Both the position numbers and the translations under genes were made by a program. From Bigelowiella natans CCMP2755 (lineage: Eukaryota; Protista; Cercozoa), in NCBI GenBank assembly GCA_000320545.1, contig ADNK01003352.1, forward strand, positions 1 through 36,140: a stretch of 36,140 nt of DNA. Direction: 5' to 3'. This document shows, piece after piece, positions 1 to 20,208 of this stretch. The notes under the pieces were generated by a model. That model was not told the origin of the DNA, ran no database searches, and was given only the letters and a program-made list of their open reading frames with translations. How positions within the stretch are numbered: position 1 is the first letter of the stretch; each line of letters begins with the position of its first letter.

Positions 1-98
1 GTGGAAAGAGAAGAGAGGTCGGCGGGGAGACGCCCATTTCACGATGGTGGTAACCGTTGTGTGCACACTCACTTCCAGCCGCTGCAAGGCACATACAG

Positions 99-201
99 AA
101 TGATCTTCAAGACCTTTTTCATGCACCGTTTTACGCGGGTAGGAGGAGATAGATCTATCTTTTTTGTGATTCCAAGCCCCATGTGCGTGTGTGTGTGTGT
201 G

Positions 202-239
<38 letters not shown>

Positions 240-271
240 TCACTTGTTCGCTATAATAGTGTAATAATAAG

Positions 272-311
<40 letters not shown>

Positions 312-2076
312 TGTTCATTATAATACTGTAATAATACCGTAATAGTGATAAGCGAAAGCAAAAAACAAGCCAACCCTGCTTACATCAATCTTGAATAAAG
401 AAGAATGATTTGTTGAGGTAGTGTTGTTCTAATTCGTCGGCTACCCCCTCTTCCTCCTCCTCCTCCTCTATAATGATAGCGAAGATTGATTTGCTCATGT
501 TTCCAATTGTCGATAAATCGGGCCGGGATGCCATTGAAACAAGCTACGAATTCTGCCAGGTAGGCTGTTGTTTTTGTTGTTGTTGTCGTTGGTGTTCAGG
601 GATAATAAATGAATAAATAGTAGTGGTAGTGGTAGTAGTAGTAGTAGTTGTAGTGTTAGAATGTTGACCCTAGTTTAATAACAGCAAAATGACGATAGAC
701 GCCATAATATAGCTAATACTGGACTTCTCATTACTTGAGAAAAATGATTATTTATTGACGAGTAGCTGAGAAAATTATGTGATACATAACAACATATATG
801 ACTGTACCTATCACATCAATATTGCGTGTACCTAGCATTATCAATATACAAATACATCATATATATTTGTGTGTGTGTGTGTGTGAGTGTGTGTGTGTGT
901 GTGTACTACACTGGTACTACTTCACTAGTTCTACTACATATAAACTTGATTAGCACGTATATTCCCATTGATCTTGAATACGAAACTCCTACTACGTGCT
1001 GAAACTTGTTGTAAAGCGTAAGAACGGTGGAGGCGTGGATCTTAATCGCAATTGGAACATCGAATGGTATGCCTTATATATATGCGTGTATCAGTTTTCA
1101 CCAGTATGTATGGTGCATACGAGGAGAAGAAGAAGAAGAAGAAGAAGAAGAAGAAGAAGAGGAGGAGGATGAGGTGGGAGAAGAAGAAGATATGCAGATA
1201 GATAAGTATTATCAAAAAGTATGGCAAATACTTCCCATCAACAACATATTATATGAGGTTGTATCAAATGCCTACTACATCATCTTCTTCATCATCATCA
1301 TAATCATCATCATAATCATCATCAATAGGAGTCCAGGAGATGTATCATCTGATACGTTTGGAGGGCCAAGGTGGTGGTTACGAGAGATCATAATTAGTAT
1401 AATTGTCGTAATTGTAGTAGAGTAGTAGTAGTAGTAGTAGTAGTAGTAGCAGTAAAGTAGTGCATAATTGGTGGAAAGAATATGAATAAGAAGACGAAGA
1501 AGAAGAAAAAGAAGAAGACGTGAGTTGAAATTAGTCTAGCATCTTTGTTAAAAATTTCCTCTGTATATCTGACCATCATCCTCACCATCATCCTCATTAT
1601 CATCATCATCTTTTCATCCTCATTTTTCATGTTATTATGATTCATCAGACCCTTCAGTGAGAAAGAGTCAACCCAATTGCTTCGGATGGCGACGGACTTC
1701 AAGGTAGAATAATAATAATAGGCTGCTGTTGTTTGTAGTAAAAGTTGAAGGAAGGATCGACAATAAACAACACTTAACGACGCATTAATTGTCATTATTA
1801 TAATTAAATGAAACAATGTAGGCAGATGCATTCATAGACGTGCATAGTGGGACTCTTGGGTTTTACACTCCATACTCTTATTCTACAGATGTTCCGGTAG
1901 TAAGTAAGTGACAAAGTATTTGAGACTGGTCAATTATATTTATGAGTAATATGTACATCATTTACTATTGTTAAAAGTACTAGTAGTACGACTGTATGAT
2001 AATGATGATGATAATGATGATGATGATGATGATGCTTTTAGACTTCTTCACCTTTTCGCAGCGAGCAACTCCACAC

Positions 2077-2114
<38 letters not shown>

Positions 2115-2444
2115 AGCAACCACAACCACCACCACAACAGAGTTTAACTCTCTCTCCTCTCTTTCTCTTGCCTCCTTTCTCCGTTCGGTTTCCTTTCACC
2201 TACGTACTCACCCTCCCCCCCCCTTCCCCAACACACACACATTATATTTATAATATGACCAAACACACATCATAAATGATGCTAGAATACTGTGCATCAT
2301 ACTTTACCAAAATCGCCTTAACGTCGAACGGTCGTCTGGTTAGCAAACTTTGGAAACGCAAAAAACGCTAAAAGCTTTTGAGTTGTTGAATCCTAAATAC
2401 TGCAATTGTGATGCTGGAGGAGCTGGTCAGGTAAAAAGGAGAGA

Positions 2445-2479
<35 letters not shown>

Positions 2480-2565
2480 GAATACACTCGTAGATTTTTA
2501 GGAATTGTGTACGAGTATGCGCATGCTGAGTATTTTGGTGATTAGTCGAAAAGATTATGTGTGTA

Positions 2566-2609
<44 letters not shown>

Positions 2610-2686
2610 AGATGATAATGATGATGACTGTCATTGGGTACGGCTGATTGTCATTAGTTCAGAAGATAATAGTGTGGAGGAGAAAA

Positions 2687-2717
<31 letters not shown>

Positions 2718-2724
2718 GGGATTC

Positions 2725-2772
<48 letters not shown>

Positions 2773-3980
2773 ACACAACCATCACCATCATCACCATCAT
2801 CACCATCATCATCGTCATCATCATCGTCATCACCATCATCATTAACAGGTAAGCGGTTACCTCGCTTATGGGACTGCTCAAGATTACTTATTTGACACTT
2901 TGAAGGTAGATGTGTGTGTGTGTGTGCTTGCTTATGTATACTATGTAATATATCATCTATTGTGTGTGTGCTTGCTTATGTATACTATGTAATATATCAT
3001 CTATTGGAGTATAACTGTTGCCGGAGTTATGCCCTTCATCATTACCATCATCATCATCATAATTCTGTTGGCTATTTATGATAACGAAACAGGATCTATT
3101 AACCCCTCTTCTCTCCCTTCTCCTCCTTCTCCACCACCTTTTTAATCACATTCATATTTGTGGTCTCTTTTGATTAACTCTTCTTTTTTTTCTTCTTTTC
3201 CTCTTCTTATGCCTTCCTAAATTTACCCCACCACCACCACCACTTCTGCTACTACAATCAAACACCACTACCGCACATCACATTTAGGTGCCATATTCAA
3301 TCGTTGTTGAGGTTTTCGATGGACAAAAATTTAGCAACGTCGTTCCAACAAACATTGAAAGGCAAAGATTTCGGTGAAATATTTTTTGTAATGTTTCATT
3401 TTTATCCGTTTTAACGAGCAATATCAAACCATGATCTTCCTACGAATTCTATTTGCCCAAGTATCCATTGTGATCTATGATATGAATGATAACTTTAAAA
3501 TCTGCTAAGAAGTTGTAATAATGATGTAGATGCTGGCACTTCTTTTCACTCGCTCATATGTACAGTCCACGTTGTTGCACGCTCGCGCGGACACACACAC
3601 ACACATTATATATAATATACGGTGTTGTTATCTAATATTTTAGCTCTACGAGTCGGAAGAGGAAAGCATCACATGTTCTTGAAAAAGTAAACAATGGAGT
3701 TCGTAACAATGGCAGCAGACCTACTATTAATGATGATGACAAAGACCAGGAGGTGTGGAAAGGGGAAGACCATCATCATCATCATCATCATCATCACCAT
3801 CACGACGTAATTGAAAACAGCAGTACGAAGGACCGCTACTACTCTTGCTTCGCCTCCAGCAATCCTGTTGATAAGAAAACGTAACATTTAATTCACTAAA
3901 GGATGTAAAAAGAAGCCAAAATACCTCAACATATGCTACAAATACTAGAAACACTTCATATAGGTGTAAAATAAATAAGT

Positions 3981-4022
<42 letters not shown>

Positions 4023-4069
4023 CACACACGCACACACACACACGCACACACACATAAACGCATACATCA

Positions 4070-4113
<44 letters not shown>

Positions 4114-4344
4114 CGCGTGTGTTTGTATGGGTGTTTACGTGCATACCATGCCTTATATTGAGTTAGTTTTCGATAATTCGTTAAATCTAAGTATTTATTA
4201 GCTTTGGAAGATTCTTATTTGGTGTAATTTTTGGCTGCTATTTATTGTGATCGAAGATTACTGCAAACGAAAGAAAATTGGTCTTCTGCGTTGCTCGATA
4301 TGGTCTCTTTATTCATTTATGCATATAAGCATCATGCTATATGA
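99..4344 (+). CDS. Zinc carboxypeptidase, peptidase family M14 (5'-partial, at least 11 exons)
   Basis: Phase-consistent GT-AG exons: 99-138, 480-559, 1017-1066, 1329-1370, 1649-1703, 1822-1899, 2344-2430, 2849-2905, 3288-3373, 3644-3880, 4257-4344 (TGA). The spliced product reads KIDLLMFPIVDKSGRDAIETSYEFCQRKNGGGVDLNRNW...GPRPFSEKES...AFIDVHSG...GYLAYGTAQDYLFDTLKVPYSIVVEVF...CFASSNPVD...NWSSAL. This contains the M14 hallmarks DLNRNW, PFSE, the Zn-ligand DVHSG and the catalytic Glu in VVEVF. The HxxE motif would lie upstream of the window. Exon 99-138 is the least certain. Confidence 0.9.
205..308. repeat. (GA)n and (TC)n inverted microsatellite pair in a carboxypeptidase intron
   Basis: (GA)n at 205-237 and (TC)n at 275-308 are separated by 37 nt. 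Confidence 0.95.
3982..4111. repeat. (CA)n plus (TA)n compound microsatellite (intronic)
   Basis: Directly visible. It is representative of dozens of CA, TA, GA, TAG, CAT, GAA and AAT tracts across the window. Confidence 0.95.
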
Positions 4345-4499
4345 TATTGGTACAAATGTTATAAATTAGCTCGATTTGGATGTGTAGTTACACATTTTCA
4401 TTTGTATTTATTTCCACATGTGTCTAACACGTGGCCTACAAATGTTGTTACTTCCCTAAAATTTATTTCTGGTTTCAATGCAAAAAAATAGGTGAGGTT

Positions 4500-5270
4500 C
4501 ATCGCAAGCTAGGGCACAATTGGGCGCAGCATCGCCATCATTAGGGGCGAGATGTGCGAACCGAAAGATCCTCACTTGATAGGTTCATGTTTTCAAATGT
4601 TTGCACACAAAAAAGTCATGAGTAGCAAGATCTATCACCTGAACATGAAAGTTGTATTCAATGCATGTCAACAGCAGCACAGAGTAGTTGCATCGACATC
4701 AGCTGCAACAAAGAAAGTGCAAGGCATCTAGGCATGTGCACGTTGCTATCATTGCAGTTATGAATTAGTCATTGCATGCTGTAGTCACGACGGTAGATAT
4801 CAATATTGTGGATGTGCTTGCCTGTGCACGACGCATATGGACCATTGTTTGTTCAGATGCATGCTGCGCTGCATCGAACATCGAATGCATGCACGATCAA
4901 ACATCTGGTCAAAACCTGATCACATTCCCCACTGAGGCTCGACAATGTGCCACAATGGACATGAGCACTGAATGAGATCGGAAAGCAATTCATTGTTGTT
5001 GATGCTCGTCGTCCACCGCAGCGCATGATGATTGCATGCATAGCCCACACGACACGGTTGTTTCAGCTTCGATTCATGTAGCAATAATGTCGCACATCGC
5101 CATGTGCATGATGCACACGAATTAACGACAGTGAAGCATAGCATTTCGCAAGTTTACATGCGGCGCTTTAAGCCAGATGCGGTCATGATGACAAATATAT
5201 CACCAAGATGCCCATGGTAGGCCAAACATTCTGTTCGGGGAGTTACGATTCTTAGCTTGTTAGCATGATG
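4500..5270. mobile_element. CATG/TGCA-rich decayed island 1 (putative transposon relic)
   Basis: GC-richer and microsatellite-free, lying between two convergent genes. About 18 CATG in about 770 bp by hand count. Contains fragmentary Cys/His/Met-rich ORFs. No termini or domain were recognised, so the element call is inference. Confidence 0.45.
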
Positions 5271-5357
5271 AGACAGTAGGTTGTAACTTTGCGTATGTTG
5301 CATCCATACTAATAATTTTTTTTTAATTTATAGAATTTGAATGAATAAACGGATGAA

Positions 5358-5359
<2 letters not shown>

Positions 5360-5436
<77 letters not shown>
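5360..5436. repeat. (CA)n(TA)n microsatellite
   Basis: Directly visible. Confidence 0.95.
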
Positions 5437-5440
<4 letters not shown>

Positions 5441-5578
5441 ATAAAGATATTACTGTATATTTTACGATTACTCCTTGCTCATATTTTCCAATAAGTCTAT
5501 CTGTAAAAATGAGGAATTAATATAGTACCATAATTCATTCATATTACTACTTTATGTGAACAAATTTAATCACCTATT

Positions 5579-13353
<7,775 letters not shown>

Positions 13354-13429
13354 CTAGTTTTTAGATTCTTTATCAAAGTATGGGTAGCAAGCCAATGAAT
13401 AGAAACGATAAATGTTTGGAGAATGAACC

Positions 13430-14955
13430 ACGTTGCGATGAATTTCCTTTAGTAGCTACTTTTTGAGCATATAGCTTATCCTCTAACACTTTAATACAGC
13501 CCAAACAAAACATCCATTTCGTCAGTCTGCGAAAGACGGCAACTCAAGAAATTACCTGCAATTCGCTTTAATGCAACGCTGAGTTGCCGTTGTGTGTCAT
13601 CAAAGATATCTTCTTTCTGATTGATTATGCTTGATTATTGGAGTATCTTGCTTTTTTAACGACCTAACCTTTTCGAGTTGACGGAGCCTTTCATCCTTCG
13701 CTATAGAAGCAGCCTTGTTTTACATGTGATGATAAAAATAAAAAAAATTCTACAACATCATTTTTACTCTTTATTATCAACCTGAACCTCTGCCAGGCGT
13801 ATGGTAAGGATCTTGTTCTGTTCGGGGAAACTCAAAAATGTTACAAACAGCAATGATGAAGACAATGTCTCATTACCTCTTCCTGTAGAGAATCATCAAA
13901 GGATGAGGATGATGCCTTCTCCATGGAAGGATCCATATTACTTTGTTATACGTGGATTCTATGAAGCAATTATTACACAGGAAGCAATTAAAAAGGAGAT
14001 ACTCACTCTACACGTAGAGATCTCCACAACGTTCAATTCCATACATGTCAGGAGCTAGCTTTGGTTGCAAATAACAAAAATTGCAAATGTAGGGGTTACA
14101 TCACCTACGACTCAACAAATCAAGCTCAATTCGATTTTAGCTTCGTTGCAATTTATTAGGAGTGCAACATTATTGTTACGACATCTACCAAGATAAGACG
14201 ATCACTTTGTTTAGCCTATGATTTCCTCCTGCGACAATCTAAACAAAGCCACGTAAATAAACAACAAACAACCTCCCGTGCGCTTATCTTTGTGATGGTT
14301 GAACGAGCGGCTTACAACTGCAACTCTTCCCAACTTGAGTGAAGCTTGATTTTCATGTGCGATCGTAACGAGGTCCAATATTTTTTTTAGTGATTCAGAG
14401 GCTAGAGAAAGCAAGTGAGGAGAAAGAGAAGAAGAAAGGGGAGATCAATCTCAATGTTCTATTAAGACATATGTCCTGTAGTTACAATTAATTTATATGT
14501 GTTTTGAATATGGCATAAGGCTTTTAGCACGGTCCTGAACAACTCCGGCTGTAAACCACTGTATGTAAATTCATACGCACTAGAAGAAAATTTAACGTCT
14601 ACTTGTGTTGGAATGGCTTATTTGTGTTCGGAAATGTTGCTCCTGATAAATGGATGTTTCATTTCTTCACCTGTAACAAAATTAGCCTAATGTTGCTCCT
14701 GATAAATAGATGTTTCTTTTTTTCAGCTGTAACAAAACTTGTATTGTAAACTTAGGTACGACGCTTTGAGTAAATGCCTCGAAAAGCACGACAGAGATTG
14801 GAGGCAATGCCAGAAGGAGGTTGGTAAACAAGCATCAACCGTTGTAGCAGTGGTGACTTTGTGGGGTCGTTGCAGCTTGTAGATCCAATGGTTGATGTTG
14901 TCACAGGAGCTTGTAGCTGCCTATGTATCCAATGGTTGATGTTGTCACAAATCAT
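13430..14955 (-). CDS. Candidate additional N-terminal exons of the ArfGAP gene (possibly degenerate PIP-kinase-like)
   Basis: Several splice-bounded open segments on the minus strand: LMLVYQPPSGIASNL, AYEFTYSGLQPELFRTVLKAL, SESLKKILDLVTIAHENQASL, LSSSLLFVTF, KEDIFDDTQRQL, EDKLYAQKV. The last three exons are phase-compatible with exon 13353. The middle junctions are unresolved and the start codon is unknown. Confidence 0.4.
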
Positions 14956-15313
14956 AACATATTACTAATAGCACCGATGATATGTTATATTTTTTATGTT
15001 ATTTTACTCTAATGCCACAGCTGATGGCATTCCGTCAGTGTTACGAGTTGAAGAAGCCCCCTACAAGCAACATGGAAGCCGAAAAACAAGCGAAGAATCC
15101 ATCATCCACAAGATCTCATCATCATCGTCACCCTCCAAAGAGCAAGTAGATTACATCAGTAGCAGTAGCAGCAGCAGAATCAAACTACGAAGCAGATGCA
15201 ACAGCAAACACTCACAGAAAGCTTCCTCAGCATTAGAACTAGAGAGCCACGAGCAACATCAGAATGGAAACCCGATATTATCGAGGATCTTCGTGCCATC
15301 ATCGTCGACCAAT

Positions 15314-15706
15314 ATGGCTGCTGTTAGGAGGATAATCTGGATCAATGCTCTGTCTCCTGTAACAATTACTAGCTGTCCCTTGTCTAGCATTCATTCTTTA
15401 TTCACTCGTAGTGAAAGTACTACGACACCAGGATTGTCATCATCATCATCATCATCGTCGTCGTCTTCTACATCATCATCCTCTTGGAGATTATTACAAC
15501 AAAAACGAGAACAAGAAGAAGAAGAAGAAGAGGTGGTATCGTCGTCGTTTTATTCCAAACTGGAGTTCTCACCACCAACAACAACTATCACATTCTTATC
15601 TCGCTTCTTCGTCTTATTACTTCTTATCATCATCTCTGGACCACCACAAGCTGCTGCTGCAGCTGCTACTCTATCTTCAGGTAAAGTTCCTATTTAATTC
15701 ATATAC

Positions 15707-15747
<41 letters not shown>

Positions 15748-15837
15748 TTTGGCATGCGAATCATCTGGTTGTTTCTCCAACAAAATTTGATAATTAGGTG
15801 GTGGTGGTCCCTTGTCGTTCCAGAAGATGCAAAAAGC

Positions 15838-15868
<31 letters not shown>

Positions 15869-16872
15869 AGGAGAAGGAGAGTTCTGTATTGCGATACTAA
15901 GGGAACAAAAGCAGTTGCGGCTGCATCAGCGTCATCATCGTCTTCATTGCCTTTCTTGGTTAATATGGATGCTGTCCCTCCCCTTAGAACTCACACCCTA
16001 TTTAGTAATAGTCGTAGTAGAGAAAGAGGATATAGCAGCTGTTTTGCTCAAAGAAGATCAGAGAACGTGCCAATTTGGCCGCAACAACCCGGTGGTGGTG
16101 GTGGTGGTGGATTGCTAGCTCCTTCTTTGAGAGCAATCACGATGACAACGACGATGACATTGGCAAATGCAAAAGGCAAAAGGTCACAAGAAGCTGGAAG
16201 TAATAGTAGTAGTAGTAGTAGTAGTAGTACCAGCAACGAGGACATCCTCGAATCAATTTATGGTGATGAGAAGGAGGAGGAGGAGGAGGAAAACAGGCAC
16301 TACTACCACGACGATGGACACGACATAAATCATCGTAAAGCAGCAGCAGCTGTATCTTCCTCTTCATCAACACCATCAGCGTTACGCAGAATAAGCGACT
16401 CCTCCTCCTCCTCCTCCTCCTCAACATCGTCCGGGAAAAGAAACCCTCTCGTAAAGGAGGGAAAGGGGGGGGAAGAGGAGAGGAAAAAATTCCCTCACTT
16501 GATGCTAGCTGCATTACTTCTGGTTTTTGTTAGTAATCAATGGTCCAGGGCGTTGATTTACTACATAAACAACTTCAATCCGCAAATGAATTTGCCATTA
16601 GATGAGGTAGTCAGTCGATTTTATTACTACTCCAGTAGTTGATGGTGATGAGGATGATGACCGATTAAAACAAATGCTCTGTGTTACATATTATCATCCT
16701 ATTCATAATCATATTTATGTTACATATTACATATTATCATCCTATTCATAATCATCGGTCTTCATCACCCACTACTACCACCACCAGCGTCAGAAGAAAT
16801 GGTGTTGTGTTTGATGATAGTGCATTTCATAATTAGTAGGACACAAACACACACAACACGACACACATAACG

Positions 16873-16911
<39 letters not shown>

Positions 16912-17029
16912 GGCAAAACGGTTGTACGCAAATATCGATTTGGGATACGATTCTACAGCATACTCGTGGCTTGCAAGCTTTGGGTCGTTCTTCTCTATTA
17001 TATCTATGTTAGAAATCTTCTCACAAATA

Positions 17030-17062
<33 letters not shown>

Positions 17063-18606
17063 CTATACTGCTACTCTACTTACCTAATGCGAGTGAGGAG
17101 GAGGCACGGATGAAAAAGAAGTCTTTATCATCATTATATGCCGCTTGTAGAGGAATTAATGAAAAAGGAGACAGCAGCAGCAGACATTTCATTTGTTTCT
17201 ATAATACGCTGCTGCTGCTACCTTTTAATCGATACACAGCTAACTGATTGCTGGCACATCATATGATTACTAATTGCTGCTATTATAGTTTCACTGGGAC
17301 ATTTGCCATTGCATCCATATTTGCTGGTAGAATAGCCGATTCGTATAACAGGTTGTTTATTTATTAAATCACTGATTGATCATTATTTTTATTCCTTTTA
17401 TCGTTGATTGTTTCATCGTCAATAGATATTTATAAACAATTTTATATTATTTTGTAAGTCACCAGCCATAAAAATATTTGCAACAATGATAAATAATAAT
17501 CATTGTTAATACCATCATCACCACCAATGATAAATAATAATCATTGTTAATACCATCATCACCACCATAATCAGGGGATTGGTAGTATCTGTGGCAGCAG
17601 TGATTTGGTCTATTTTTCTTGGAATGGGAAGTTTGTCAGGAGATTTTTCGCATCTTTTTGCTTCTAGATCTGCAATGGGCTTGGCACAGGTACGTGCTGC
17701 TGTTGGGTGCTCGTGTTGCTGTTATAGTAGTAGTAGTAGTAGTGAATAAGATCAATCAGTAGTACTGGAGATTATGATAACACATTTAAATTACAAAATA
17801 TTATTATTAATAATAATAATAATATAACAAGGCTCATAATCACTGCCATTTATACTCACGAGTGTGAGGCTCATATTCAATCCAAAATGATCGTACTACT
17901 ACTACTACTATAAAGATGATAAACTGTTGATGCTGGTGCCATACTCAGGCTGTGACTACACCAAGCTCCTACACTCTTTTAGCAGAAATTACCCCAAAAG
18001 AAAAAATTGCTTATGCTAACTCGGTTGGTATTATTGAGTCTATCGTTCTTCTAACCAACCTCAAACACGCCTACAAACTATGTATGTGTGATGGTTGTCC
18101 TCACTATTACTACATGCAAACTGTGTATGTATGATGGTTCTCCTCGCCACTATTACTACGTATGTACTAGGTATTCTCATTGGGGATATATCTTGGTGGT
18201 GGATTGGCTTCTCTTTCTATCCTTTTAGACCAAAGCATAGGGTACTTAGTGGTTGTAGTAGTAATAGTAGTAGTAATAGTAGTGATAGCAGTAGTAACAG
18301 TGGGTGCTGTGTCCGTTGCTTATCGTTGTTGTAGTTGTTGTAGTTGTTGTTATTGTTGTTATTGTTTTTGTCTTCATGGTGTGCTGCTGACTCACTCACT
18401 CACTGCTATAAATATAACGTGGAAACAACAAAGTCACACATCAATCATTGTCATAATTATTTTTCATGCTGCGTATTGAATAGATAAATAAATAGTAATA
18501 CTCTAAAATTAGGTGGAGGGGTGCTGGAATAGCTGTAAGTGGGTTTGGACTTGTTTCTGCCTTAATAGGGGCTGTTGTGATAAGAGATCCTCGTCATGTT
18601 GCGACG

Positions 18607-18639
<33 letters not shown>

Positions 18640-19268
18640 GCTGATGCTGCTGCTGGTGATAAAGATGCTGATGATGATGCTGATGGCCATGGTAAAAAAA
18701 ATGAAGTTGGAGAAAGAGAAGGGAGGAGGGGAATTGTTAAAAATCAATCGCTATCTTGTTTGTTGTGGTTATGTTATTTCAAGTGGAGTAAAGAAGAAGA
18801 AGAGAAAGAGCGAGGATTGGGGGAGGAGAAGAAGGGGGATAGATAGGTGAAAATTGTTGTATTTGGTGGTTTATTACTAAGATTCTGCTAGTACAACATA
18901 TACACTATACATTTATCGTCACAGCAGCCTGATTATCATTCATTCTTTCCTTCTATAATAATGCTACAGCTGTCACCATTGCCAATAGAAAGGAGGATAA
19001 TGATCCCATATATGCTGGATCTAGTGCTGCTGCTGCCGCTGCTACTACTACTCCAGTTGCAGATATAACAACAACAACTACTACTACTGCTACTACTGAA
19101 AGCAGCAGCCTCAATGATTCTTCTCATTCCGCACCATTGGCGACTAGTAGTAGTAGTAGTAGTACCAACACAATAATAGAAACACCAGATACTGAAGTGA
19201 TTTTAAAAGAAATCTTGAATTCAAAGCCTACTGTCTATATTCTCCTGGTAATATATAAATTATATTTA

Positions 19269-19305
<37 letters not shown>

Positions 19306-19864
19306 CATATTTAAATATGATGTTGTTGTTTTTTGTGCAAATGAGTAATCATACATGTGGTTTATATATGAACCCGGTAGTAGCAGTTTGTTGCCATTGC
19401 TTGTCCGTATTTTATATCTCTAGTAGTAGTAGTTGTAGGAGGATGATAATGATGATGATGATGGGGAGAAGTGCTATCGAGTGTTGTCATCGTTCTAGTA
19501 GAGTTGATTGTGTTGTCTTATATATAATAATACCGATATTCTATTAACTAGGCAGCAGCAGCAGCAGCAGCAAGTAATAGCAGCTTTTGTGCTGTCTATT
19601 ATGATATTATTTACTGAAATATTCACGTGGTTCCAGGCCTCGATGGTTCGGTTTATGGCTGGTTTTACCATTGCTGCCTGGAAGGTGGTGTTAAACCAAC
19701 TACCCTCTTTCTTTTTGCTCACATTTCGAGTTTTGGTAGAACGTAGGATGACGACAACGATGACTCTATCATGTTTTCGTAGATAGAACAAGTGGTGCAG
19801 GGGGGGGGGGGGGCACCCTACTGTATAGTGCGCACTACCGCTTTCTGTCACCCTCTGTGTCAGT

Positions 19865-19902
<38 letters not shown>

Positions 19903-20176
19903 AAAAATATCTAAATATATCGGTGTGTGATAGAATAACTGAAAGTAGATAAAAAAATTTATTTTTATTCTGTCACACACTATTGTATGTACGTACTACT
20001 GTGTGAAGTTTATTCTGTCACACACTATTGTATGTACTACTGTGTGAAGTTTAAAGGAAATTTGAAGCAAATTACTTGTTGATAATCATTCTCGAAATTG
20101 TTGCCGTTTGTTGTGCAAATTGCCTCATACTACTCTGCCTTCAAATTTTAGCGGGGAAAGCAAGAATAGTAGAATC

Positions 20177-20208
<32 letters not shown>

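Noticed and set aside
70-122. Minus-strand MKKVLKIIL followed by GTATGT, resembling a Rab7-like first exon
   Set aside because: Only 9 residues with no P-loop visible. The same bases form a phase-compatible plus-strand exon (99-138) of the carboxypeptidase.
14580-14602. A 23-nt GT-AG intron that would improve the PIP-kinase-like alignment (FP...H...F)
   Set aside because: It is far shorter than any other intron modelled here. An alternative phase-compatible acceptor exists, so it was not used as evidence.
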